NCBI GenBank assembly: GCA_013239625.1
Contig: MU054400.1
Location: 2,392,282 to 2,456,281, forward strand
Reading direction: 5' to 3'
Length of the DNA: 64,000 nt
Source: Lama guanicoe
Lineage: Eukaryota
Shown: in pieces, positions 36,788 to 49,300 of the stretch
How positions within the stretch are numbered: the first letter of the stretch is position 1
Layout: each line of letters begins with the position of its first letter
The notes under the pieces: generated by a model
The model's input: only the letters and a program-made list of their open reading frames with translations
What the model was told of the DNA's origin: nothing
Databases searched by the model: none
Made by a program: the position numbers and the translations under genes

Positions 36788-37791
36788 CTGCAAATTTTCT
36801 AGGTGTCTGTTTCAGTCCTTCTGGTTAATCAAAGAGAAAAGAGCAAATCTTGCCGCTGAGAGAGAGAGAGAGCGAGAGAGCGAGAGTGCAAGAGAGAGCG
36901 AGCCTCAGGACCACAGCCTACAGTGGGCAAGAAGATCTGGCTGGAATTTGATAACATTGTTTTGTTTTCATTGCTGGCCAGTGATACTGCATTTTCATTT
37001 ATCGTAATGAGGCCAAATTGCCTTTATTAAAAAATGTGTGTGTGTAAAACGAGTGACTCAATTTGAAGAAAGATATTTAATACTCAGTTGTTCAGGGGGT
37101 GGTGCCGTGCATGAAGCTGGCAGTAGGAGGGGGTCTGCAGATGTGACAGGAGTGAGCAAGTGAATAGCTAGTGAAGGGAGCCGGGCAATATGCAGGGAGG
37201 TGATTGCTGCTCTTGTGCCCACAGAGGTAAAGCCTGCGTTTCCTGGGTACTGAGAGCCTTCAACAGGCAGAGCACAGTGATTTGTCCATACTGCAAATTT
37301 CTAGGTGTCTGTTTCAGTCCTTCTGGTTAATCAAAGAGAAAAAAGCAAATCTTGCCGCTGAGAGAGAGAGAGAGCGAGAGAGCGAGAGTGCAAGAGAGAG
37401 CGAGCCTCAGGACCACAGCCTACAGTGGGCAAGAAGATCTGGCTGGAATTTGATAACATTGTTTTGTTTTCATTGCTGGCCAGTGATACTGCATTTTCAT
37501 TTATCGTAATGAGGCCAAATTGCCTTTATTAAAAAATGTGTGTGTGTAAAACGAGTGACTCAATTTGAAGAAAGATATTTAATACTCAGTTGTTCAGGGG
37601 GTGGTGCCGTGCATGAAGCTGGCAGTAGGAGGGGGTCTGCAGATGTGACAGGAGTGAGCAAGTGAATAGCTAGTGAAGGGAGCCGGGCAATATGCAGGGA
37701 GGTGATTGCTGCTCTTGTGCCCACAGAGGTAAAGCCTGCGTTTCCTGGGTACTGAGAGCCTTCAACAGGCAGAGCACAGTGATTTGTCCAT
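36788..37791 (+). repeat. Tandem duplication of about 502 bp (36788-37289 and 37291-37791)
   Basis: Both copies run ctgcaaattt(t)ctagg...gatttgtccat, separated by one extra A; they differ by a 1-bp T indel and one G/A substitution. Confidence 0.98.
36858..36902 (+). repeat. (GA)n/(GAGC) compound microsatellite (also about 37360-37404; truncated copy at 32528-32541)
   Basis: gagagagagagagagcgagagagcgagagtgcaagagagagcgag. Confidence 0.9.
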
Positions 37792-37932
37792 GGAACCCTC
37801 CTCTACCAGAGTTTGTTGGGAAGGCCCCAGGCTGTCTCCATGTTTCCCCTTGGCTTCCTGCTCCTTGCTAATCATCTTGGGCTTGTGCCTGCCCTATTTC
37901 TGTATGGGAGAAAGTGAGGGATGTTCTGGACA

Positions 37933-38117
37933 TGGATAGCCAATGACGATGAGCATATTTTTCTGTGATTATGGGCCATTTGTATTTCTTCTTTGGAAAA
38001 ACGTCTATTTAAATCCTTTTATCACTTTTCAATTGAGTTATTTGTCTTTTCAGTGAGTTGTAAGACTTCTTTGCATATTCTAGACACAAGTCTCTTGTTA
38101 GCTGTATAATTTGCAAA
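37933..38117 (+). repeat. 185-bp dispersed copy of 33313-33497 (L1-derived)
   Basis: Identical to 33313-33497 (tggatagcc...ttgcaaa), including the copy-2-specific alleles. Confidence 0.97.
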
Positions 38118-38494
38118 CCATTTCACTGAAAACATCATGCCAACATAGGCACAAACATCTCCTGTTCCAGGTGGCCACCACAATCTGAGATCTAGAACCT
38201 TTTAAGCTGATCATTGAGCTGGTCCTGGGGGCCAACCTGCATTATAGGAGAGGAACCCCCCGCTCAGGTAGCTTGAATCTTTTATAACAGGCGGTAAGTA
38301 TGTCTGCCTTTTGCTCCACAGGGAGACAATCACTCTCTCTTCCAAAGGCTGTTCACTGTGCAAACATCTTAGAAATAATAGGAAAAAAGAGAGTTGTGCT
38401 TCTGCTCAAACAGGTGCAGAAACGCGAGAGGCCTCTGGCAAATTATCTCCATCACAGATCAAACCTGAGAGGACTGTTAGGATTAAGTTGACCG

Positions 38495-38730
38495 TCAGTG
38501 TAGTGGTTAAAGTCACAGAATGCATAAGTTTAAATTCTGTTAGCTAGGATTTGAATCGTATTAACTATATAACCTTGGGTAAGTTATAGAACTGATCTGT
38601 GCCTCAGGTTTATCATTCATAAAGTGGGGATAGTAGCACCTCTTGGTTGCTTGTGAGGATTAAATGGGTAAATATTCGCCAAGCATTTAGAACAGTACCT
38701 AGAACACAGAAAATATTATGTGTTTGTAAA
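38495..38730 (+). mobile_element. MIR SINE
   Basis: cagtgtagtggttaaag...accttgggtaagtta...tctgtgcctcagg...gtgaggattaaatgg...gcatttagaacagtacct. Confidence 0.85.
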
Positions 38731-40342
38731 ATAAGAAATTGAGATTAGTCGATGCGTTCCCTGGCAGCCTGTGGCTAGGACCCGTGTCCTTTGAGACATT
38801 CTCATCAAACTGATTGATGTGTCTCAGCTTATGTGAGGTATCTGATTTTCACTGAATGGAGAAGCATGTCTGCTTTGGGTTCCTGGTGTACTTCCAAGTG
38901 CTTCTGGTAGCTGTGGGTTAAGGGGCTCAGATACAATGTGACTTGAGTCAGCTGGGAAGGTAGTGAGTAAAGGAGTGGCCTGTGAGTTAGAAAGTGTGAC
39001 TGTTTCTTCTGGGTATAAATTTAGAAGTGCAGCTTCAGCTCTCCTAGATAGTGCCAGGCTGCTCCCCAGGGTCAACGGCAGCCTTGGACAGAGATTGCCT
39101 CACTTTGAGGACAGTGAGTCCCATCTCTGTGTCTGCACCTTCATGGTGCGACTCCGTCCTGGGAGAGGAGAAGGAGGGGAGGAATGTGTTGATCGATGTC
39201 CCTTCTGTGGGTGACAGAAGTGTGATAGGATGCAGCCGGATCAGAGTAGCAATTTCTGGAACATGAGTACTTGCCTAAGTCTACCCACTGTTTGCTTTCC
39301 TACCTTGGAGCCCTTGTTTTAGGTATAAGACTCGCACGGTTTACAAAAATCTACATATATCCACAGTTTTTGTTTTGTCATAAAAGAAATACATGTTCAT
39401 TTTAGAAATTTAAAACATTGCAAATAAATAAAAGGAAGAAAATAAAAATCAGCCTATCCTACCATAGCCATCAGCATTTGATACTTACTCTTGGTCTTCT
39501 TTCTTTGCTAATATTAACTCTACATTCTATTTGAAATGTGCTTTTTTCACTTTAGATGATTTCTCATAATAGTAAACATTCTTTTACAATATAGTTTTTG
39601 ATGGCAGCTTGGTCATCTGTTGTCTAGAAATGACATAATTCATTTAAATAATTCCCAATTTTCAACACTTTTTTTCCAATACTTCCCTATATATATTTTA
39701 TATTTTTCTCTATATTATGCTCATTTTGAAGAAGGACTCAGTACTTTGACTTGTCTCCAAGTAGGACCTGCCTCACTGTGAATTAGCAGACATGAATGTT
39801 TCTTGGGGAAACACACAGCACACAACACACAGTGGAAACTCAAGATTATTAGCCATTTGATATTTGTGTTTTCTACCCTCTATTCTTCTTTCCAGACAGT
39901 AGCCTCTTTTCGCTTCTCCCTCTTCCCCAGACAGTTTCCAAATGTTCCCCATGATGTCCAGAGTTCAGAGTTATTCATCTCTGCACACTCACTCAGCAAA
40001 GCAAAAACTTCCGTAGTCAGCAGAACTAACCATCTCAAGACAGCAAGTTATGGGTCATCTATTTTAACTGAAATGTTTGAACAAATGATTTATCAAAGTA
40101 TTATACAATCTGTAACTATTTCCTTGAGATAAATTCTTAAGGGTGGAATGGCTGTATCAGAGGGCATAAAAAATGGGAAGACTTTTGGTAACTGTTAGGA
40201 GTAAGTTGCATTGATTTGCTTTCTGCCTGTGTTCCTGAGTGACTGTTGGTTTGGCTGCAATGATTAACAAGCCGAGATTTGGAGCAGTGTTTCCTGGGTC
40301 CTTCTGTCGCTCTGTTCTCTGTCAGCTTCCTCAGCAGTAGCA

Positions 40343-40952
40343 TGTCAGAGTGGTGCGGAAATGGGATTTGTTACAGGGATTAGAGTTTATACAATTGTGG
40401 AAGAGTGAAGGAAGTCAGTTTCTGGAAAGAGACAGGTTGGAGCATCAGAGAAAAGTCACCAACTAGTGACTTTGAAAGCCCATGAAGAGGAACTGTTTGG
40501 TGGTTGGCCTGAAGTTGCTATAGTTCCTCAAGACAGGCAGTCGGGAAGAAAAGCTGGGTGTGAAGGAGCGGAAAATCAACAGGTTAGAAGGTATGAGGGC
40601 AAACTCTGTCTGTCTTTCACTGCATCTACATGCCAGTGACATGTAGAAAAAGCTGGTGCCTTTCTCTAAGAAGCTGTTCATATGCCCAGCCCAGGACTAA
40701 GAGAAGCTGATCAAAGAGATCTGGCTGGAGCTAAAGCTGTGGCACAGCCTGCTGCTGCCCCAGGCTAGCAAGACGACAAGCAAGTCAGCAACGTGTGTGA
40801 CCTGCACTCAGCTTCCAAGCACAGTGGCTGCTGTTTACTCTGCAGCTTCCGAATCTCATGTAAATTGCTCTTGTGTATAAATCCTAGCTTGGAACTGGAT
40901 GGGGAAGGGACTTTTGGGAAGCATGGTTCCAGCTTAGCTAAGATGACACAAA
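40343..40952 (-). mobile_element. Old ERVL LTR (LTR41/LTR52-like)
   Basis: gggatttgttacagggattag...gggaagcatggttccagcttagctaagatgacaca; family assignment from memory. Confidence 0.55.
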
Positions 40953-41797
40953 GTAAAACTGTAAGAAGTGACTGGAGGACTTAGTTGGTCCTTAGCAGTC
41001 TAGGAAAGTGACTTTTAGTGAATCTGGAAAGCATTTACTGTTGACCAGGGAAGTTGGAGGTGAGCTAGGGTGAGGGGTAGCAGAGTCAGAAGCATCTTGC
41101 TGATAGTTTTTTCTGTAAGATAAAAGATTTTCCAGAAATGAAAGCAGTATCTACATTGAGGACAAAATTCTGTGGAGAAATTTTACACTTTTAAGTCCTT
41201 TGAAGGAATTACTGAACCATATAATCTCAGGTCTACTGCCAGAGGTATTAAAAAGCTGAACAAAGAAACACCATGTACTCATATTACTTCCCTGAAACAG
41301 ACTAAGTAAGAAACCTAAGTTAACCTGTATGTGGAAGACTGTATAAAGGATATAAAAATATCCCCTATCAATGACTGAAGCCATTGATAATGGGGTTGCT
41401 GGTAATCTGTTGAATTATGAATAATTTATATATAGTCACAGAAGTTGAACTTGTCTGGAATAGAAGTTCCCCTCTACCACTCAGAGAACCTGTAGTGTAT
41501 AATTGCTATCATAGAATGTTTGCCATACATTCCAAACATAGGCAACACAAAGTGTCCTCTACTATGTTAGAGTTCAAAATTGTAGACAACTACTAAATAT
41601 TCCTGCTTTGGAAGAGGTTTCCAGTGGTAATCACGTATGTTCAAAATTATCCTGTTCTATGGCGTAGATTTTTTTCAGTTTTGTTGATAACAGTGGTAGT
41701 GTGAGGGGCAGAGTGATAGAAGGGAGTGAGGAGAGGGCAGACCCAGAATAATATAGGTGGTGGAATTTAAACAACTCCACCTTTGTATCCGTGTTCT

Positions 41798-41930
41798 ATT
41801 TTATTTTTATTTTTTTTTAGAGACAGGAGGTATTTGGTTTATTTATTTTTGGAAGAGGTACTGGGCATTGAACCCAAGACCTCGGGCATGCTAAGCATGT
41901 GCTCTACCACTTGAGCTATACCCTCCCCCC
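41798..41930 (-). mobile_element. tRNA-Ala-derived SINE (Vic-1-like)
   Basis: T-rich tail...gaggtactgggcattgaaccc...gagctataccctcccccc; 13-bp TSD gtatcc(g/t)tgttct at 41785-41797 and 41931-41943. Confidence 0.92.
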
Positions 41931-42224
41931 GTATCCTTGTTCTTATCAGAGAGGTTAGTTCCCATTAACTTATTGATATTTCTAGTATCAGTAAAAACAG
42001 ATATTCCTGCCTATACCTCTGCCTAATTTTTTGATATTTTTTTCCCAAACATCAGTTTGCACAATAGTGCTGCATTTTATTATGGGGAGTTCTTGAGAAA
42101 ATCTCCAAAAGGGGTCAGACATTACTGTACAGCTCTGGAAAGATCTTTTTTTATTCTCACAGCAAGAGATAAGACTTATGGATTATCATCACTGCTAAGT
42201 GAAGTGTACAGGCCAAAGTTCTGC

Positions 42225-42485
42225 AAATAATGACCCTAGACTGAGACTCAAGGATGCCTGCCAAAACCACACTGCTAAACTGAGCCACCAAGGGAGCTGC
42301 TGCCTCCACAAATGGAAATTACTGATTCAGGAAGCTGCCCTGCAGCTGCAGCCTGCTTCTTCAGCCTTTCCAGCAGTTCTATGAGCTCTCTATATCCTTA
42401 GCAATTTCTTTGTGTTTAAGTTAATGAAGGTGGATGCTGCTGTCTGCAATAAGGATTGTGACTATTACAACAATTGGTGCTAGAA
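42225..42485 (+). mobile_element. Old ERVL/MaLR LTR 3' fragment with start of internal sequence
   Basis: ...tttaagttaatgaaggtggatgctgctgtctgcaataaggattgtgactattaca followed by aattggtgctagaa. Confidence 0.4.
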
Positions 42486-45400
42486 TCTATGTAGAGGAGC
42501 AGGTGGCCTTTTAATTATTTATGTATTAATTAATTAGTTTATCAAGTAATTCAGTCATTCTCTTATATTATAAATTGTCACCATTTAGCACTTGATTTTT
42601 TGCAACCCTGAGAAGCAACTCAGTCAACTTAGACTTACGGGCCTCAGCGGAAAGCAGCTTTCTGCCTTGGCATAGCTCTGTTTCTCTCCCTCTCTGCTTT
42701 CAAACTGGGTACTGAGCCTGAATTCACTGTTGAGTCTTCCTGAAAGGCACAAAAAGTAGCCAACACTTGACAACATACTCTATTTTTTTCCTCAAAGTTA
42801 CAACTCTGGTTGGCACCTTTCACTAAACTCCCAAAAGCAGAGAGAATAATGAGCCTGTGGAGCCATCAGTACCTGTCTCTTTTCAGCCCAGAACCTTTTA
42901 GACAATTGAATCTCTTCTCCTTTGGGTAGAGAGTAATATCTGAATATTGTTTGATGTTGATTGACAGGGGATCAAAATGGACAACAGTGTCTGGAGTCTG
43001 ATCTGTGGTTAGTAGGGCCTGCAGCTCAGAAAATTCAGTGACTTTCTTGAAAAAAAAATGGTACAAAACTACAGATAGGAAATAAGTTATCAAAAGGAAT
43101 GCTTAGAATTGGAAATCACACAACCTACACATTTTTAAAAGCAAACGAATATCAGAAACTTCACAAAATGCATAAAACAACATAATAGATTGTTAATTCT
43201 GTGCCTGACAAATCTCTAAAATACTTCCCCCCTCCCCATGATTTTGGCTACATAAAAAAGGACATGCAAAGGACACGTAGCAAAATAAAGCACATGTATG
43301 AAAGTCACCAGATTCATTAGGATGAAGCAGCTGCGTGTCTCGAGCCTGTTCCATCGTCTGCACAAACTGCCTTTTCCTTTTCAATGCCCTCCATCTCCCT
43401 TCCTTTCATTTCCTTATTAGTGCCCCGATTCTCCTAATCGCTGCTATCTTTCTATTTTAATTTTCATCTACATTTTATTGGCTGCCGTGATTCTTTTTTC
43501 CCCTTATCTTCATGATTTTGATCATCAAAGGTTTTAGCTTCCATGATCTTCTAAAAGCAAGAGAGTTTTTTTGGACACTTTGAAGTGCTGCTAATTTTTA
43601 CTTTTTGATTTTACATCACTGGCTTCCACCAGGATACTTCCCGCCTGTTATAATTATTTTGGTAGGTGCAGTAATTCCGAAGACAATATATAAAGTTAAT
43701 ACGAAAACAAAGTACAGATGAGCAGGTCAGATGTATTTTGAAATTCCCACCAAGTTGAATTGCGTTATATAGTCAGGTAATCAAACTACACTTATAACTT
43801 GCATCGCTTGACTGATTGATGACTTTGTGTAGAGGTTTTGTCACTGGGGCACTATTCTCTTTTTTTTTCCCCAGGCCAGTTCTGAGCATTGGTGGCAATT
43901 TTACACATCATCTCATCAGGCATTGTTAGACTTTGTCAGGAAAAGATGCATCAGATATACTGAGATGCAATCTGATACTTGGAATGCATAAAACGGGACC
44001 TCACATGGCAACTGTTCGTACTACTGTTTGTACCCTTATACACACAGGAATTCTGATATATGTCATCTTGCATAATTTCCAAAAAATGTGAAAAAATTGT
44101 GCAGTAGGTTTATTATTATATTGACTATATTGAGTATTCCTAATAAGAGGAATTTTGACTAGAGGTCCTCTGCTTACAGTATTACACACCTGATAACTGG
44201 AAGAATTTTCCGCAGACCGGTTCTGGTTGCCCACAATCCAGTCCTTGCTTTTCTTCCATTATTCTTATCCCTGCAGTGACAAGTGCCCTGGGGCCCTTCT
44301 GTTTCCTGATACAGTCTCTGGCCTGGGGTCTTCACGCCACGATGTTTGGTGTTGGCAGTGGGCGGCAGGAGTATTCCTGGAAGCTGTCCCTACAAAAGGA
44401 TGGCTAAACCACACACACACACGTGACTGTGAAATTTGTAACCGTGTCCCAGGCTAAACTCAAGCTATGTGTATATCACAGAGTCTCCTTCAGTGGTATT
44501 CTGAAATACCTGTGGCCGCTCCAAAACCAGGGAAGAGGGATGGAGGAAAAGTCAGAGTGGAAAAAGACAGTGGAATTGACAAATTTAGGTTGAAAAATCT
44601 TCCTTTTGCAAACTTCACAGAACATATGACCATGAGAACACATTGTTGGAGCTCTTGCCAGGGCCCTGGGAGGGCCCGGGTGGTGAGAGACACGCAGAGC
44701 TTAAACTTCATCGACTCCTCAGTAAACCTCCTCTCCCTGCCTCTGCCTTTAGGGTTCTGAGATTTCAGCCCTGTTGGATTTAAAGAATTAAGGCTCAGGT
44801 GCAGCTTATTCCAGAGAAGGGAAGTACTAGCAAGTTTTATCAGACCCTAAAATAGGGCTTAACACTTTCGAAGGTTCATTATTCCCCTCAGTGAATGTAG
44901 TCATTCTTTACAGCAGCAAAGCTCTGTCTTCTTGTTCTAGATCTCGCCTCAGGTCCAATACAAAAGGAAAGCGTATCAAGACTGTAAAGGGTCTGAGACT
45001 TTACCCTGTTTGCAAACTAACAAGTTAGTCTGCCACCATTTCAGGGATAGTGGCATTGAGGTCCTCCCACTTCCAAACTCTCATCCAAAGACCATGACTG
45101 CATCCCTGTGATGGTGAATAAATGTATGCTCCGAGTTCTCTTTCTAGAATAATTTTATAGGAATCCAGGAAGCTGGACATTTATCCAGGGATTTCTGTTC
45201 CAAGAGGCAATTTTGGCTAAAGAAAGAAGTCAGAGACCCCTGAACTGGGAATCCAGCGACGTCGCTGCTAGTCGGGTGATTTTAAGAGAGTTACTTGACC
45301 TCTTTGGATCCCAGTTTCTCCAACTGTAGAGTGTGTATGATCATAACAATATTAGCAAATGATGATTCAGCACTTGCTACGTGCCAGATTCCGTTCTAAG

Positions 45401-46289
45401 CGCTTTTAGTTTATTTAATCACTTAATAATATCTATCATTCATGGTTGTCAGGCCCATTAGCCCTAAGCTGAGTGCCTTACTGTTCCTGGTTTATTGTAT
45501 GTTCAAAGAAAACCTTCCACATCCAGCAGCACTGGCCCAGGAGATATCAAAATGGAATGCTATGCTTCATCAGAGCTGGTTCTGACCTGCAGAAGCTGAT
45601 AAATGACCAGGAGCCTTCAGGGGCCTGGGGGACACAGGCCGCTCTCTGGACCTAACTGAAGGCTTTCCTGACCCATAAATGATGGGGCTGCTTTAACCAG
45701 CCAGGTACCGACCTATGGACTCTTTCACTCCTCTGAAGAGTTCTCAATTCTTAGTTAACATAACCAGCACAAAACCTCCTTTATTCCACTTAAAAATCCC
45801 TGACTTTTCCCCCTCTGTGAGTCCTCAGTTCATTGACTCACTAGTGGGTATTCCCTTGCCTGGTAATATTGACCCCAGGCACTGGTTGTCTTGGTTTTCT
45901 CCTCTGATATATAGGAAGCCAGTTCGTAGGTGTTTTTCTTAACTTTAAGTGCTGTTTACATATGGGTCTCTCTCTATGGTGAGTGAGGTGAGGGATGACA
46001 TCTCTAAGGGGCTGGCAATTCCCTTATCTGAGCCTCAGTACCCTGTGGCCGCCCTCCCCTTGCCAGACAAACAGGACTGTGGGGTCAGCCACCAGAGGGG
46101 CAACCAGGTTGCTAGGAACTTATATGATCTATTTCAGGAAAATAATTTTTAAAAAATTTTAACAAAACTTTATGTGCAAACAACAAATATTTATTTAAAG
46201 TGAGAAAACAGAACCCAACAAATTACAAATTTAAGACAATTAAGAAATCACAGTCTCCTAATTGAAATGCATATGAAGTGTTACCTTTT

Positions 46290-46372
46290 CATACTGTGAG
46301 CCTTTAAAGGAGCTTATGTAAGTGCAGGGCCCTGAAGCTTGAGCTTCGTTAGCTTCACGGTGGATCTCGCTC
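46290..46372 (-). mobile_element. MER53-like hAT fragment
   Basis: gggccctgaagcttgagcttcgttagcttcacggtggatc matches the reversed MER53 terminus as recalled. Confidence 0.5.
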
Positions 46373-49300
46373 CCAGGACCACAACACCTCCACCTCTCAA
46401 ACCCTTTCCCCCTGAAGTTCAGTCCTTCTGGCTTTCTTTCAGCTTCAGTTAGGAACAGAGGGTTTTGTGAACTGGGGTTGGCTGGTGAGTTGCTTATGTC
46501 TGTGGATGTGTCATTGGTTAGATACCTGTGGATTAGCCCCCTCTTTGCAAGTTAATTAACTTCTCTGTTCCCTGCTTTCATTCTGTACAAAATGTAATTG
46601 GAGGACTTGCAGGCTTGCCACCTGCAGTTCCACTGTAAGAGGGATAAAGTGATGTGAGTGAAGGGGTTTTGAGTTTCATAGCCCCACGTCCAGGAGAACT
46701 CCTGTGCGTTTTGGTATTGAGGTCCTACAGGGCTCTACCCTAAGGAAATCCAATCTACAGTCGTCTCTGTAAAAAGCAAAGTAACCAACAGGTAATTTAA
46801 GATATGGAAATTTATGCTGTGTGCCTACAGACAAGTAATAATGAGTGGTTCTAAGAGATAACAAATAGCACTTCCTCGGTAGATGGGAGGAGTCTCTTGG
46901 ATGGCTGTTCTCCATATGTTTCCAGGTACCTACCTGAGGGCAGGTTTGATGGCTCTCATTGTTTAGCATTTTAATGGCCCATAGTCAGCTCCCTAAATGT
47001 TTGATGAATAAACACATGTATTACAAGACGCCCCTTTCATAGAAATGGTGTCTAAAAATTACATTTACAGTGCATCTACCTTAACCTTATTCTCTATTTT
47101 CCTTCTTCTCTTCCTTAAATATATACAACCTTTTCCTCTCTTGGGGGAGCTGAGATCTGCCCCTTGGGACCAACCATCAGATGGCTCCTCACTGGCAACT
47201 AAGCCCCTTTATTAAGGAAAAATAAGTGAATAAAGTCTTTGAACTTTCTGGTTTGGAAAAGCAGGCTCACCTCAGTGTGGGGTTGGATTTCTGGGCCTGA
47301 AGAGGACCAGAGCTCAGGCAGAGTGACAAGAGCCTGTTCCTGAGGTGGCGGGACCAGTGGGCAGGCTTGGGGACTGGGATGTTCTGCAGTGAGCTGGGCT
47401 GGGGGCCTGCGGGACTCTCCAAAGGCCTATCTGCTCAGGAAGCCCATTCCTGGAAGAGCAATGAGGGTGGCCAGATGGCAGACCACTAGCTCTCTTCAAG
47501 GAGCAAGGGCTGCTCAGAAAGCAGATGCTGGGGGATTCCCTGCTCAATTCTGGATTCTGTAAGCCCCTGATGGTGGGAGGGAAGGAAAGTGTGGTTGGAC
47601 TGGAAAAGGGACAGCCATTGGCCTTCCCACCAGGTCAGGAGAGTGGATACCTGAGAAAGACGGCACTTGAATTAGGCAATAAAAGACGTAACACCATTCA
47701 CACCCCTTCTGCGTGCAGCACAAGGACAGAGGGGAGAGATGAGCAATTTCTGCTAAATCAGGGAGGCTAGTTGGAAGCTGCTTTGTAGTCTGGCAAATTG
47801 TAGCTTGGAAAGCAATCTTAGAGGCGGAGGTCGAGGCAGGTTGGTGGAGAGTTGGGTCCCCAGGCTGGAGCATGGGATCCCCTGGGCAATGTAATGGGCG
47901 ATAGGGATGGAGGTAGAGTGTGGGGGAAAGTGAAGCCCTGGGGCAGGCATTTGAGTTTCATCTAGGGCACTGGCAGGACTCAGGGAAATGCTCTGATTAG
48001 TGCTTGTCAGAATGCGGTGGCTGCGGAAGTCAGGTTCGGGAGCTGGGTGTGGCCTCCAGGAAGCACCAGGTTATTCTGGGGTCTGTAATTATAATTCATG
48101 CTCTAAAACTCCTAGTGTGGTTTTACGCCACAGGAGCTGATGCTGCACTGTTCTGACAGTGCCCTTTGGGGTTGCTTAGAGCCTGCAGTCTTCCTGGGAC
48201 CCTGCAGGTTATCCTTGAAGACCCCTTGGGAAAACGTTTGCCTGAAGGTGCAAGAGGATTTGCTTCAGGCTCAGTTCAGCCATCTTTTGAGACCTTTATC
48301 CCGAGGTACTCAGCATGAGTGCCCTGGAGTATTGGACCAGACTTTCTAGGGGCAATTAAGCCACATCCCTCCATTCCAGGCAGTCTCATGGCCCTGAAGA
48401 CAACAGATTCCAGGGTTATTCTCAGTTTCCCCCCAACTTGGACCAGGTGGTTCTGTGGGGATTTGGGGAACATAACAGGATGACCCAGAAATACGCATTT
48501 TATTTTTGAGCAGGAATTTTTGTAACTCTTCCAGGGCATTCCTTGATGCTGGGAATTCTGTAACAGACAGACAGGTCTTCTCTTTGTTTTGAGAGCAGAT
48601 TTCCTGCCCTGTGTGTGCTGCGGGGTGTTGGGCAATCAGGCTGGCTTTGTCACAGCACTTTGCAGCTGTGATTTGTGTAACATTTCATTTCAAGAACTGG
48701 CATTTCTTTAAGATACTGCAATAGACTGAGATGAGATGATAATGTGCTTTTAAAATGCTTAAAGAGAGATAAGGACTCAAGTGAGGTCACACATGTTAAA
48801 TGTTACGTGGAGCTGTTGACAGGGTGCGTTAAGATTCTTGGCATTTAAGTAAATTACGAGTGAGGGAAGAGGGTTCCATCAAGTGACCTTTTGACATGAA
48901 ACTCCCTGCAGCCCTCTGTGTAACGGCCATGCCTCGGGCTCAGCAAAGGAGAGCCTTGCATTTGTGGGGCCTCTTGGCAGCTTTTCTTAGATTCACCGTC
49001 TGTACACGGCGAACAGTGCTGGAGGGAAGTGAACTGTGTCATCACCTCACTCTCTTCTCTTTCCCTCCTGCTTGGGATTAAACATCAGGGAGGAGGCAGC
49101 CCAGTGTTTCTTTCCATTTTATGTTACATCATCCACATCACACCGAGCAGGCTCTAGGTAATGGAGGGTTTCTAACCCGCAGCCCACGGCCTGGCATTTT
49201 GAGTGACATCCATGAGAGTCCCATACAACGGAACATGTGAAATAAATTATTTTGGAATGTCTTAGGTTAAGTTTGAGTTGCTTAGAAAAAAAAATGTTCT

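Larger units (their letters stand above)
28214..36871 (+). repeat. Tandem duplication of about 4.33 kb (copy 1 28214-32541, copy 2 32543-36871)
   Basis: Direct sequence identity at offsets 4329-4334; the ORF track repeats (29585/33919, 31228/35562, 32061/36391); about 9 substitutions and 2 small indels seen by eye. Confidence 0.98.

Noticed and set aside
43855..43990. Strong polypyrimidine tract plus CAG splice acceptor at about 43875
   Set aside because: No convincing downstream donor or coding frame, and such sites are common by chance.
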